Below are positions 36,131-53,125 of a stretch of 64,000 nt of DNA, piece after piece. Origin of the DNA: Calcarisporiella thermophila CBS 279.70 (Eukaryota > Fungi > Calcarisporiellomycota); the NCBI RefSeq assembly GCF_041956535.1, contig NW_027192197.1, positions 73,829 to 137,828 of the forward strand, given 5' to 3'. Position 1 is the stretch's first letter. Each line of letters opens with the position of its first letter. The position numbers and the translations under genes were made by a program. Under the pieces are notes generated by a model. It ran no database searches and was not told where the DNA came from. It saw nothing but the letters and a program-made list of their open reading frames with translations.

Positions 36131-39100
36131 TTAAATTTCCTTATCCTCCATTTTTCCTGACGAGGGCCGCTCCGAAGAAGATATTGGCGGCTCTGACGTC
36201 TGTTTTTGTGAAGCCGACGAGGACTGCGGGTGCGCTGAGACGGATCTCCCCAACACGAGAGCTTCAAGCGGAAATGAGGATTTATATTCATCTTCTGACT
36301 CCGAATCCATCGAGTCTGTCTCTTCATCCTCCTCTTCCCAGCCTTGTTCACCCGCACTCTCATCTTCTCCGTATGCTTCTTCATAATTGTCAGAATCCAT
36401 TAACCCATATTCTGAATTTTCTTCCGGAATATGCCCACTGCCCTCTGCTACAGATGATGTTAAGGACCAATCTAAAGAGCTAGTTCCTAGCAACGGTTGA
36501 CCGTTCTCCTCGAGCTGGTGATTTTGCAAGAAGTCAAACGAACTTGCCGATACAGATCGTTGAATATTCATATTATTATCATCCAAGCCTTCTGAGGCGC
36601 TCTCCATCTCGGTGCCCTCTATATTGTCCGCACCTAGGGCGGGTTGGTCTACTCCAGCATCTTCGTTGAAGAAATGATCCAAATCATGCAACTCCAGTAC
36701 CAATTGCCCAACATTATCTTGCCAACCAGCGGATTGTACATCTCCAAAATTGCGCGACGTCCATCCATCCGGCTCAGTCGAAAAATCTTCTACAGAGAAT
36801 TGAATATTTTGGTGATCTCCAACGAGCGGCATCCCTGATTTATGCGATGACGAGTATACGACCGAATGTAGATAGGCACGAGTCATTCGAGAGGCAGAGC
36901 GAAAATGAGTCGGAATATCTGGAGTCACTTCGTCTTCAAGTGTAGCTGTGCTGCTCCCGTCTCTTGACAGTTCCGAAACCGAAGGACGTGAGCGCTCATT
37001 GAGCTTTTGTGGCTTGTGCCGGAATTGTTTTGAGTCAGTATTCACGATTTCGTCCAAGACCGCAACCGCGTCATCAGAGAAATCAGACTGCAGCAACCGA
37101 AGAAGTCCTCCAAGCATCTCGAGAGCAGCCTCATTTTTATCATGCGATCTCGATCCGTTTCCAATCAACGCAGGAAGGTCGACGAAAGAGAGTAATGGTC
37201 GTAGTATCTGTAACGTTTTCCGTCTGTAGAAGGGCAGTTTGTTATGCAAAAGGCCGAAGAGAAAAGTCACGGCACGTCGCTCGAATTCTGGGAAAAATGC
37301 ATCGCATATTGCATTTAAATATTGGCGTAAGAAATCATCCTTGCTACGAAATCGACGACGAGAATAGGAGCGTAGGATCCGTGCAATAGCTTGAAACTGC
37401 TCTTTGTTATTGTCTCCAGGAATATCGCTATTTTCTAAATGTATCTTGCCTAGTTTTGATTCATGTTCAACAACTGAAGCAAGATCATCCGCAAGATGTG
37501 GAGTATTTCGTTCAGTTGCTTGCTGAGGTTGATCCATGTCGTGCAGGAGGCGAGGGAACGTGCCTAAAAGCAGGAAGCATAATCTACCTCCAGATACATC
37601 CATAATTGCCGAGTCCGTCACCGGGAGAAGCGCACATAGCAACCGCATTGCAATTGGTTCTGCAGAAGCCGATCGTAATCCCTTTAAGATTAACGGCTGA
37701 AGACCATAAAATGAGATGGTGGGAATATCTCCGGCACCGCCACTAAGTCTACTAGTACCATCCATTGAGGTCGGTGCATTGTCAGCTGACCCAGCTGGGG
37801 GTGGTGCGAGTGGGTGGGGATGTCTTGCAAATAGCCAGGTTCTGGTTGCTTCGTTGCAAAGGTCCAGGCGCTCTATCAATCGTTCAAGAATAAGTAGTGA
37901 TTCAAGGTGTTCTTGTTCATGTGGGCTATGCAGGCAGGCTACCACTGCCCAAAACAATTGAGGATATTGCGTGATTGTAGTGCGATCAAGAGACTCGACT
38001 ACCGCGCGAAGGGTGATTAGAATCTCCAGTGCAAAACCTTGAACATCATCAGATGGGTGTGCAATCGTACTTGCTAAGCGTGCTAGCATATCTGCTACCA
38101 TACGCTGGTTGAGAACTGGCATTAGTGAACGGAATACCTGGAATGAACGGCAGGCAATGTGGCGGAAAGGACAAACAGTAGCCCACTTCAGAGAGGTTTC
38201 GGCCCATTTTTGCCTAAGATCATTATCAGATGACATGAACACCGCGGCTACCTGCTTTACCAATGTTTGCATTTCCGTGATGCTTGGCGGGAGCTGGGGT
38301 GCGTTAGGCGTGATATCTTCGTAGGCCCAAAATCGACTACGCTCTTTTTCACGAAGGATTGTAAGAAGTTCTTCAGCTTGGCGATACACTTCAGAGCCGC
38401 ATGGAGACTGGCGAATAATAATCGATTGTACCAGATTGAAAAGAAGGCAACGAGCCTGATCACATACTATACTTGTAAAATGATCAAGTTGTACTAGAAT
38501 TACGTGGAGGAGAAGCGGTAGATGTGGTGCGAGCTCAGCCCCAATTTCAACGGCAAAATCAACCAGGTATAGCATTGCGAGCTGACCACGCGAAAAGATG
38601 GGCCTTTTAACAGGCTGGGATGGAAGGATTTGGTCCAAATCGGCGATAAAGGGCTGCTCTTCAGGCAAGATTTTTGAATTCTCATCTCTTATTGTGCCAT
38701 CATCATCTTCGACCTTTGATTGCTTGTCATTTGACAGGTAATCTTTGGTCGATGCAGATTTCGGGCTTGGGACCATCGATTTGGGACTAATATGCTCAAT
38801 CATATCGTCGATTACAATAGAGCACGCTGCTGTTCGCCCCAGGTATACAAGAATACGCTTGGCATGCACAATTACAGCGGCATTACGCTTCTCTAACCCA
38901 AGATCTAAGAGGTAATTGGTAATAGCGCGTGCATTTTCTGTGTGCTCAGCTTCAACTAAGTGTTTCCACACTGACTCGACCTCTTTCACGTACATATCAC
39001 CAAACTTTATGGTGAGGTAGAGGAGATTGTTAAGTAATGCGCGCGAGGTTGGAGAGAGATTGTTATCTGAATTGACGTTGGATACTGCTGTTTCTGTGCC

Positions 39101-42100
39101 AGAGGGCCAAAGAACTGTATTACGCAGCCAGGGAAGAATATAGCCCAATATTTGTCGATGGAAATTCCCATTCACGGTTTCAAACCGCATAACGATTTCA
39201 GATAAAATCAAATGAGTTAGTTCCGGGTGATCGCGTGCCAGTCGCGCCGATAAAACCATTTGAGCTTGTTTATAGATTATGGGCAGATTGTTAGTAAGTC
39301 CAAATTCATATTCTCCTGCACAGGATATCTTGAATGCACGCTCTTCAACTGCACGAAGAAGGCGAATAGCCTGCTGTCGCATTTCTAGATGTTGGTCACC
39401 TGCCTTGAAAAGAGCCAAACTTAGCATGCGATGAATAACACATGGATAGTCGTCTTTGGTAATGATTTCAACCAGTGCACTGAAAAACCCTTGCGTGGAT
39501 TTGGAAATAGGGTCGCCGGCAAAACATTCATCAACAATATCCTCAAGTAAAATGGGTAGCCCTTTGTTGTTGCGGAGCATAGTCTCTAACGCTCGCCTAA
39601 AAATAAAAAAAAATTCAAACCCAATATGAGAATGTTTGCGTTGCATTATTTACTAATGAATCATACTTTGCAATGCTATGCAAGCGTGGATCTGTGCTAT
39701 TGAACACAGAGTCGATCCATTGAAATAGGCTTAAAACATCGAATGAGATAAAAAATTTTTTTGATTTATCTCGGCCGCGCTTTTCGACTAATGGCCCATT
39801 CTATAGTTAGAGTTATGATTAGGATAATCAAGTAATATCATCGTGAGAATGAATTGAAAACCTACGCATAGGGTTGCCATTGCACTCAAAGCTGAAGCAT
39901 TCAATGCCTTTCTTTCCTCTTCCACATACAATCGCATTTCGTTCCTCTCACGATCATCATGGCACTGTCCAAGAGCCGCCTCAATCACTTTTTCTTCACG
40001 CATCTTTACAGCGGCATAGCGTTCACCGTAACCACACCAAGCTTCAAACATTTTAAATAGCGCTAACCGAGTTTCAAAGCTCATCACACTCCTTCGTTGT
40101 TCCACGCGAGAGATCGCTTCGTAAACGCGCTCAACAAATCCACAAAAATGCATCTTGAGCTGATTGAATTCAAGATCGCGATCCACGTCCTCATCCGAAA
40201 GAAATGATTTCATTTCTTTAACAAAATTCATGATTACATTCATGATAAAATCGTCCCATAGGTGAGATTCCTCAAGCAACAGACAGCGGGCAGTACGTTC
40301 GTACACACGTGTGACTTCAACTCGTAGTCGGTCAAATTTACGGCTGCGACGGAGAGTCTGGTAGGGGCGTTGGCTGATCTTGGGTTTAGCATCTTCTACC
40401 ATTGATTTGACCAGAGGCTGGAGCGCTTCAAGAAGCACTCTATAGAGGACTGGGTTCACATAACTTAGCCCGGAAACTACTGCTTCACGTATTCCAGCAT
40501 GTTCGCTGGAAAGCAGAGATAGCATCAAGTGGAATAAGTCCATTACAGAGTCCATCCGGCTATTCGTCAAAGGAGGCCCTCCGTTATTAGAGGATAGAAT
40601 TCTTCTGCGATTAGCACCGAGGTGCCCGTTGGGTGAAATGACTGGATTTGGTTGAGCAGTAGTGCAAACAAAGACTAGGTAGATGCGCCATTGCTCAATA
40701 AGAGAATCGCTGGCAGATGCCAATTTAGAGCCAATCCGTGGCATTCCTAAAGTATTGTTTGGATTACTCCTGCTGCTACTCGACTCGGCAGCCGCCTGAA
40801 TTGCGCCATGCAAGTATTGAAGTCGTCCATGTACAATCATCCGACACTGCGCGGTAACTGCAGGGTAACGCAACATACATCGCCTAATGAATTCAGGGAA
40901 ACATAAATTCCAAATAAACTGGTCAGAACGGTTGTCACTTTGTGAAACATATATTAGAATGTCTCGATTGCGGTGTCGTTGTAATTGTTGCAATCGAACT
41001 CTATCCGCTGTGCCGAAGTTGTAGCCAAGCAATGAAAAAGAATCACTATTGTTTAACTTTAATATATCATGCCCCTCTTGCTCCAAAAGATGTATTACAC
41101 GAGTGGATTTAGATTCGGGAACATTGGAAGTTTGGGTCTTGGGTGAATCGAATGCCATGCAATTTGGAGCTAAATCATCAGAATCACCACATAATTTGCT
41201 ATCGACTGCTGATACAAGTCGCAAAATTTGCACTGCAAGACGGCGTAATACTGGAGCGTGATTGCAGAGGAAGAGTAATCCAATAGCTTCCGCATCGTCA
41301 ATTGTTTTTCTTGTGTCGTCAATCGAGACGCCGCCAGGATTCTCCATCAATTCGGTATCATAGCGATCCAGTAATATTTGCAATAGTTCAACGAATAAAT
41401 TTACATACAGCTTGAGGGGTCCTTGGCTTGCTGAGTGCACCGATCCATCAGATAATGGCCCTTTAGTCATTACTACAAGAGCACTAGAATACCTATCATT
41501 GATGCTTCGAATAAGTCCAGCATACTCGGTTACCACTAAACGGGCATCTCCCTGCTTCGCAATACGAATCAATGCTTCGGATGCAGATCGGATAACTTCT
41601 GGATCAATGTGCACCGTGTAACGACATAAAACCTCTACTAGTCTAGAAAGCGTGATCCCTGATGGCATCAAACGAGGTATTGCATCGATAGTCGTCTTCA
41701 TCAATTCGAAAAAGGGTTGTTTTTCACGAGAATAGGACACTGGGAACGTTTCATATTGGTGGGTTACTTGCTGCCCGACCTCGTTGCCAGTTGCACTAGC
41801 CACTACGCCGACAAACGTGGATGCGGTAAATCCTCCACGAGAAGAACCAGACTTATCTTCGAGGATTAGAAAGTGTCCAAAATTTTGTTCAAGCACAACG
41901 AAAACTTTGCCGATGATATCATTAAACCGTTCCACTGCCTCACCAACGCCAGGGCGGGATAGAACTGAATATGGGAGACGATTGGCAACTACCTTAGTAG
42001 GAAGCCCAGTAAATGTCATATCCGGATCGGATGGGAAAGGCGGTCTTGTTTCTCCTTTTTCCAAATCAGCTAGAACAAGCAGATATGCACGTACTGCGAT

Positions 42101-44274
42101 GGTCATTCGTTCAGGTGCAATCATTTCGACTGAAAGCGTGTGAGAGGGTATTGTGGCCAAAGAATCCGTATTCAAGAGCATGTGCATAATATTCTTGATC
42201 GTATAGTCATGGTAGCGAATTCCAATAAAATATACAATCTGAATGAAATGCCCCATTGGGATATCTGATGGTCCAATTTGTCTCCGACTGGGGGGAAAAA
42301 GCATACGAACAAACGTGTCGAGTTTCTTATAGGTAGTAGAGGTGCTCTCTGAGCATCGATATAAAAACACCCAGATCATTCGAGAGATACAACCAAGTAT
42401 CATCTGACGATGTGTTTTTTCCTAAGATTAGATTACGAAAGTTAAGTTGTTTATTATAAAATGAAGGAAAAAAAACGCAATTCGTTACTTTAAATTTAGT
42501 CCAACATAAATCCATAAATGGCTGCCAGTTGTTAGAAAAAAAATCTTTCTTGCTCACACAAAGTAACGCAGTAACAAGTGGAAGTCCAACCTAGTGAAAA
42601 ACTATAAAGTAAGAAGACATTTCCGATATGTGTAGTGGGGTCATACTAAGCCTACATCGCTATTTCTGGGTTTTATTGCCATCTTCCAGGCTTTTTGGTA
42701 AATAAGATCTACTGTTTTCAACCACGCGGGAAGATTAACTTCGGCAGTAGCAACCTAAATACATAGGCGTAAAAAAAAGGCTACATCGAGAAATAAAGTT
42801 GTAATAGGAAACGATAGATAGGATACATACAGCTGCTATCGGCATCAAAACATGTACAAACAGCGTAGAGTATGCGCGTTTAATGCGAATTGCATGAGTA
42901 GATCTGAAAAAGGTGGCACAGCTTTGAAGAAATTCGGCTGTTTCTTCGAGAGCCTCAATGGGATATATCTGAATCAAAATGAACAAGTTAAATGGAAGCA
43001 TAATACAAATAAATTTTTCGATAACGCACTCTTAATTTAAGGTGTCTCATAATTTTTATAACCATTTCAACTTTACTATCCCGCTCCTTAAGTACCGTGC
43101 CACGAGTATGTTTCTCCAAGATAGAAATAAATCGATCGCTTACCGATGCGAATCTTTAAAAATGCAAATATTATTTAATAATGAACAAGCAGAGAGAGAA
43201 AAATAGAAAATAATATTATATTTACCTGATATTGGATACCCAACCTATCAACTTAGCAAGCAGGTCGAGATTTGCTTTGTAATCAGGAGAGCGAGACATA
43301 TCCCTGAGTTGAAAGGTAAGGGGCAACGCAATGCATTTAAAATAAAAGGAGTGGCCCTTACGGATTTGAATTCCTCATTTCTGCAAAGAGTCGTTCCTCA
43401 AGTTTATCACCATAGTCATCAGGTAATGAGTCGACCTGAAGCCTCTTGACAACTTGTATTAATGCTCGTCTTGAGATATAAGTTACTGCGAGCTGATGGA
43501 TGTGGAGAGGTAAGTGGGAATTAACTGTAAATTTTTGGAATGCTTCAGGGGTACCTGCTTTCGCTCTCTTGAGAAGCTATTAGACTCTTTTCCTCGTAGA
43601 TGTGCTCCAATATCACTAGCAAAAAAAAAAAAAATATTAGAACATAAAATGGATGGGTTTAGCGTAGACTATATTACGTAAGTTGTCTTGCTATCGGTAT
43701 ACTTGGCTCCTCTTTTTTGCTCTCCACCCAAAAAAAGATTGCATCGATTATATCTTTAGGCCGGTGTCGCGCTATAGAGCCAATGGCACAAAGCAATTTA
43801 TCAAATGTCGGATCGGCTCCCGGACCTAAGATATCTGCTAAATATCGATCTCGATCCTAAATAAGTAGTAAAATTAAAAGAATCATTAGCAAATGTCTTG
43901 TAATGTGAAGTAAAAAATATCATTTCAAACATAAGCATATTATCAATACATACACCCTCGTATTTTAATGCTGCATTTAACTTTTTGTCTGCTGCTTTTC
44001 CAAACTGATTTGTCAACGCTACAAAGGCTATATCTGCAGGTGTGTTCGAGAGCTGATGGTTCCCTTCTTGGTTGGAATCAGTCGTTATCTTCGATTTTCG
44101 TGTTGTCCATCTTAACAACGATCCGTGTTTCTTAGTGTTCTCCTGTGTCTGGTGAATTTGGGCAGATTTGTGTGGTGAGGAAGCAGAAGGAGTAGATGTG
44201 CCAAATTCAAGGGATGATAGGTCGATCTTATGATTATCAGTGAAGGTATTTTGGTTTGACGGATGTTCCATCAT
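36131..44274 (-). CDS. TAO3: Tao3/Mor2/Furry scaffold of the RAM (MOR) morphogenesis network
   Basis: Large HEAT/ARM protein: PLVTALLCVS, ISRMIWVFLYRCSESTSTTYKKL, WAETSLKWATVCPFRHIACRSFQVFRSL, YPQLFWAVVACLHS. Many short 5' exons plus two long exons. Confidence 0.92.
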
Positions 44275-44514
44275 GAGACCCTTTGTCCCGCTTCGATCGA
44301 AAATTATCTACAGTGTTTTACTCTATTACTACTATTTCCCCACATAGGATTTCGGAACTGATAGTTTATCCATTGGATATCGGTTAGCTATCTCATCTCT
44401 TCCCTCCTGGGAATTTTCCTGTCAAAGTTTTATTTTGTTTTTGATTTATGCGCTGCCCCAACAGCCCTTTTTTCTCTCCTACTTAGTCATTTCTCGACCA
44501 CATTCTTCATACCA

Positions 44515-45865
44515 ATGTCGACCGTTGAAGCTAAAACAGACCTTGTTACTCCCAATGCTGCCTATATTCGTGCTGTTAAGGACTGTCTTAGCGGCACTGC
44601 TGGTGGTCTGCTTCAGGTTGTTGTGGGACAGGTATATATTTATAGCATCCTTTATAGTCTCATGAAAATTGAATTTGACTTATTTATTTATTTTATTACT
44701 CAATTTCGATAGCCTTTTGACACTGTAAAAGTGGTAAGTTTATACCTGATGCCTTCTTCTTTGCAGCTGCATCAATGCAGCTCAAATTTGCGATCAGATT
44801 ATTTATCAACGTTAATTCTCATTGTCTCAGCGTCTCCAAACTATGCCGAGACCCTTGCCTGGTGAGGTTCCACGCTACACTGGCATGCTAGACTGCGTGA
44901 CTAAAACGGTGAAAAATGAAGGAGTAAAAGGCTTATATAAGGTGAGCTCAAAATATATTCAATTACGCCTATCTTATCTCTAGAGTAACATGTAGCAATA
45001 TTAGGGCACAACAATGCCATTGGTTGGTATCGGAGCATGCGTTTCCATTCAATTCTTGACATTGGAGCATATGAAGCGAGAGTTTTCTAAGCAAAATGAA
45101 GGTGGCCCGCTTAGTCTGGGACAGTTATATCTTGCTGGCGCCATTGCAGGAACTGCAAATGCTTTTGTGTCTGGGCCAGTTGAACATATTCGTACAAGTA
45201 TGATTTGCTTCCACTATTTCATTCGATACACTTCTTCTATAAGAATTTCTGCATATTGTGTAAAAGAATCTTTCTAACGTTCTAATCTATATCTTTGCAG
45301 GATTGCAGGTTCAAACGGGAGGATCGGGCGGTCTGCAGTACCAAGGTCCAGTGGACTGTATTCGCAAGATTTATTCTCAGTCGGGTATTGCAGGAATTTA
45401 TCGAGGGCAGACCGCTACTATGGTTCGTGAGTTCCATGGTTTCGGAGCATATTTCCTTGCATACGAGTTCCTTGTGCGTCAGGCTATGGATCGAAAGAAG
45501 GTCCGCCGTGATGAACTTCCTACTTGGCAAGTCTTGATGTTCGGCGCTTCTGCAGGCGTTGCGATGTGGCTTAGTGTATATCCTGTTGATTTGGTGAAGA
45601 GCAAAATGCAGACGGATGGAATTCTCTCTGCAGAGCGCAACTTCAAGTCGACATTAGAGTGCGTGAAGAAAACATGGCGAAGCGAGGGTGCTGGAGGATT
45701 TTTCCGAGGCTTCGGCCCTTGTATGCTTAGGGCAGCACCAGTAAATGCTGCAACTTTCCTTGGGTAAGCATTCATAACCACGTTTTTGGTTTATCAAAAC
45801 AAATATATTGACGAGTGTTTTGTGGATACTATAGTTTTGAGCTTGCTATGCGTGCTATGAACTAA
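44515..45865 (+). CDS. Mitochondrial carrier family protein (carnitine/ornithine/Ymc-type), 6 exons
   Basis: Carrier signatures GQ|PFDTVKV|[22 protein letters not shown]; [21 protein letters not shown]. Confidence 0.93.
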
Positions 45866-46194
45866 AGCAACCAAAAAAAAAGTTACCCGGAGATTATTTA
45901 TCTCTATGCTCTCGATCATGTTGGGTTTTATCTGTTTACCCGTTTATTCTTCGAAATATATAGAGGAATTTTTTTACATTGCAACTTTTTTTTTATAATA
46001 TAGAATTTAACTTATCTTCAACCTGTACTTGTTACTATTGAATCTTTGTTTTTTTTTTCTGTCTTTTCAGTTTTTTATTTACTGTTTTGTTTGTGCTCTC
46101 TAAATAGAGCAGATAAATTTCTCTGGCATATATTATTTTTAATAAGAAATTAGGTCCTATTATATTTACTTTATGTTTACAATTACAGCACATA

Positions 46195-48761
<2,567 letters not shown>

Positions 48762-48892
48762 TTTTGCTGCCCATTTAATAGTGAACGCGAATAGATTAGA
48801 AATTTAATATTCAAACTTGTATACGGCGCAGCGCTATTTACTTAAATTTGAGTTGAATAGTCACGACTTCGAACTTGCATTTACCAAAGACT

Positions 48893-49721
48893 ATGCACCG
48901 ATTCCGAAACGTTAGTTCACGGATCTTCCGTAAGCCACGATGGGTCGACCCCAAGGATCGCATCCAGACCTGGAACATCGTCAAAGGAGATGAGGTTTGC
49001 TCAATTATTAAACGCTGCTTTACCTACAATACTGATAGTATGTTATTGTAAGGTGATGATCATTGCTGGCAAAGATAAGAATAAAACTGGCAAAGTCAAA
49101 GAAGTCCTAAGGGACATTAACTCTGTTATAATAGAGAATCGAAATTTAGTAAGCAAAATTTAGCTTTCATTTGCCCCATTGCTATACGCTAACTGGGATT
49201 TGTAGGTAAAAAAACATGTTCCTCGACAACCAGCGGCCCCTGATGGCTACCTTAATAATGAAGCACCAATTCATGTGTCAAATGTGATGCTCTTGGATCC
49301 TGTCACACAGTACTGTTCAAATGTATTTTTTTGTATTTTTATGAAAATTTACTGATTCTGCTATACTATAGACGACCCGCGCGAGTTAGTCGACGAAAGG
49401 TCAATGTAGCAGAAGAAAATGCCGAGCCGATTTATAAATTCAGGCGATTTGTAAAGGGAACTGACGTGGAGATCAAAAAACCAGCCAAAGAGATCTATAA
49501 AAAGGAAAAGAAAGGTAGGTTTATAAACGCTATAGGGTGTGAATTCGAACACTAACATATCATGCTGGATTTTCTACATAGATGAGCTATTTTCGACAAG
49601 CTCTCAGGATGCACTAGCTAACACGTATACCCCTTCACTTACGGAATTCCCATTCCCCGTGGAAGTGGTAAAGGAGCTGACCAATGTGTACAAGAAGAAA
49701 ATTCCGTTGCCGACAAATTAG
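48893..49721 (+). CDS. MRPL24: Mitochondrial ribosomal protein uL24m (KOW), 5 exons
   Basis: KDRIQTWNIVKGDE|VMIIAGKDKNKTGKVKEV, VKKHV, EAPIHVSNVMLLDP; Arg-rich presequence. Confidence 0.9.
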
Positions 49722-50202
49722 TTATCTTTTGCTGAAATAGATTCAATTCTTGTAGTTTGTAATAAAGAAAAAACAGTAGATTTCGACTCATTTAATTAAA
49801 TATTATCAAAATTCTTTAATGAATTTTTGACTTACCCGGAAGTATAAAAAAGAGAAGATGAAGAGATGGCATCACGAAGTCGGGGAGAAGAATTTACAAT
49901 TTCATTATTTCGAAAAGAAATGCGATAATAAAGCCACGATAAAGATGAAGGGAGAAAAGGTAGTAACTAAATATTAATATACAACCATCAAAATGAAAAA
50001 GGAAAATAAGAAAAAGACAAATAGACCAGAGAGTTGTGCGGAATTCATTAGAAAATCCAAAACGTCAACGAGTGAAGCATCCCTCATAACAGCCTAAGAC
50101 AAGTAAAATATTGTCCAAACGAAGCGGTTTTTCCAACTCAAATCGGATACAAGAGCCCCGTTATCCAGGCGGAATTTCTACTTGGCGCGAACCTCGTAAT
50201 CA

Positions 50203-51780
50203 TTACTCCAATCCTTGCATGAGAGCCGTATGCCGCCCATCTACATAATACCCTGTATCCTCAACGAAGGTTGGTGGTGGTGGCGGAGGAGGCGGTGGTC
50301 TGAATTGTGTAGGGTTTCGGGTGGCTAGAGAGCGCTGAAAACTGTAATTCGCGAAACCTGAAGAATATTGCTGCAACTAAACAGCCAAGGGCATTAGCTA
50401 CTTATTATGGTAGAAAACGGCAAGATAAACCTGTGAGTGCATCCCGACTTACCCTCAACAACTCTAAATCATCAGTGATTTCGGTCTTAAGTAATCCTTG
50501 CACTGGTGGAGCAGCAGGAAATCCTTTGTTCTCATGTAGCGCTTTAAGTTCGGAAACCTCAATCTTGCGTGTTTTCCTACGGCGAATGAAGGCTGTACGA
50601 TCAAGCAGTGGAGACACCGGCGCTGGAGCAATCTCATTGAGCTTGGTTCGCTCATGCTCCATCTTCCACTTCTTTACGCTAACACCCTTAATCATATTGC
50701 GGCGCAAATCCGCTTTTTGACGCTAGGGTGAACAAAAATGGAAAATATCACACGAATAAATAACAAGATATTCCACGCGTGGCGTGTGCCTATTTTTTCT
50801 TACCATGAATGACATTTTTGCCTGGTATTCAATACCTTCGTATTGCTTTTGATAGCAAAATTCCTGGTATTTTAGCCATACATTGGCAGTATCAAGCCGA
50901 CTCTGTCGCTTCTCTTCGATTTCTTTCATCAATGAAGTAAGCTCAGGATGAGTTCCTACATGGCAAACAAAAATAAAACAATATTTTAAAAAAGAAAATA
51001 AATTCAAGAAATATTACCCCGCTCTACCATCAAAATCTCCTTCTCTAGCTCAGTTACTTTCTCACGATACATTCTGAGATTTTCAATGATTAGATATATA
51101 TGAATAACAATAAATGTACTAGTGTAATTTACGCACTTGTCTCGTAACTTTGCGAATTCCATCTCAATTCTTGTTAATGCTGCAAGCGCCTCTTTGTGGA
51201 GTTCAGCTGTCTCGTCATCCTCAGCAGCGCTCTCTATAATGACAATCACACCGTTAAAACTAAACAAATAAGTCATCCAATAATCAGATTTAAGATTACC
51301 TTCTTCAGCCGAAACCGTTGGAACAATCACGTCAGTTTCCGCTTCCCCATCACTCTCAATAGCTTCTTCTGTTGAGCGTTTACGTTTTTGACCTTTACTT
51401 GGTGATATCGGCGAGGGAGAGGGAGAGGGAGAGGGCGGAGACATGGAACGTCGTGGAGGAGAGGGTGATGGCGTGAAATCTTCTGGAATTGAAGATATTG
51501 GTGAAGTCATGTAAAGGTCATTTTCCTTAGCGTCTTCACTCTGGTCAGGCGGAGGTCCGGTTTCAGTGTTAAGGGGGTGGAGAGACGTGTTGGTAATTCC
51601 ATTGGGCTTATGCTCTGAGGACCGGGATGAAGTGTTTACTGATTCATCAGGCATAACCGAATTGCCAGTCGCATGAGCCGTCTTGGATACATCTGTCTGT
51701 GTATTCGCCGTAGATTCGGTAGTGTGCGGCTGTGTAGATGAAGGAGGAGATGAGGAACTGCGCGTTTTTTGCGCTTTCAT
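50203..51780 (-). CDS. Sds3-like (Sds3/Dep1/BRMS1) Sin3-HDAC complex subunit
   Basis: ALAALTRIEMEFAKLRDK|MYREKVTELEKEILMVERG|THPEL; Ser/Pro-rich N-terminus. The 3' end is uncertain (alternative acceptor near 50095). Confidence 0.82.
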
Positions 51781-52216
51781 TTGGCAAATAGGAAAGAAAG
51801 GGAAGAAAGCAACGTGGATAGTGCTAGGGGGAACGGCTCAAAGACAAAACAGCAGATATATCAGTGAGAAATGTTGAAATAACAAAATGAAAAATATAGG
51901 AGAGTGGGAGAGGTGATTGTGGGCAATGAGGTGAAATGAATAATAACGTGAGAAGGCCGAAGATATTGTAGCAAAACCGAAGAGATAGCAAGTGACAGAA
52001 AGGCTATTGGTGTACTTGTCTCTTATTGCTATATAAGCGATTCACGTAAAATGTTTGCTTATTATCCGGAACTCATAGTGCGCTAAAAGAAAGAGGGAAA
52101 AGAAAAGGTAAAAAACTGTAAAAGCTGGAAGCGCAACGTAATCAGTGGCTTAGAAGTGACTAGCTTTTTCATTTCACACTAATCACGACTACAAAGTTTA
52201 ACAACCAAAAGTAGAC

Positions 52217-52966
52217 ATGTCAAATCCACGCTCCCTCTTCGGAGGGGCTATTGCCGCCTATATCCCAGACAATTTTCTTGATGCCAGGTGAGTATCCATA
52301 CTTAGATTCTCAATATTGCCACAATTAATAAACAAAATTTAAAGCACGCTACGCGAAATTCCCGACAATCAAGAAGTATTTGTGAGCGTCAACTCAGATC
52401 AAAGTATTATTATAGAACTGCTGCAATTAGCTGATGAGGCGCCTGACGAGGATGCTGCCAAGTAATATTGACCCTTGCTTGCGATGTTGATTATATAAAT
52501 TCCTAATTTCTCTTAAGGTATCATTTTGAACAACTTGCATCCGATAATGAAGCAGAGAGCTGGAGTATTGAAAGTGTAATACCTCTGAGTCAAACTGAAT
52601 TACCACATATCCCGTAAATATATTATTTCTACGAGTTTTTTTTTTCTCCTAATCTTTCTCTCTCAATTTAGGTCGGATGCAAGAATATATTTCCTCACTG
52701 GCCGCCAGGTAATCTCCAAGTTCAAAGAGCACACCCCTGGTTCACGAAACCTTGTCGATATTTATCTCACTTTAATACGATTACCCTCTATAACAACCGA
52801 TATCATCATCACATATAACTCTCCGGTGATAATTGGTGAGGAGAGTAGCAGCCGCATATTGCAAGAGAGCGCCGAGAGTGGGTCTGTTGGACAACAGCAA
52901 GTGTTTGTAGGGTTAAAACAGACACTGGAGAGTTTACAAATACTAGATTGGGGACTTTTTAGATAA
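52217..52966 (+). CDS. MOG1: Ran guanine nucleotide release factor Mog1, 4 exons; missed by the ORF track
   Basis: RSLFGGAI..IP.NFLDAS|TLREIPDNQEVFV...DQSIIIELL, YHFEQLASDNEA, LIRLPSITTDIIITYN, SLQILDWGLF. Confidence 0.93.
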
Positions 52967-53125
52967 ATTGAGCTGTGATCATTAGGTATTAATTGAGAGA
53001 CAACATAAAATAAAAGTCTTGCGAAAGATGGTAAAAGAATAACGATAAAATGACTGTTTGCACTAAGGAAAAAAAAAAAATAATGATTCTGGTATCTCTA
53101 AACTGGAAAAGATGAAAGACGAAGC

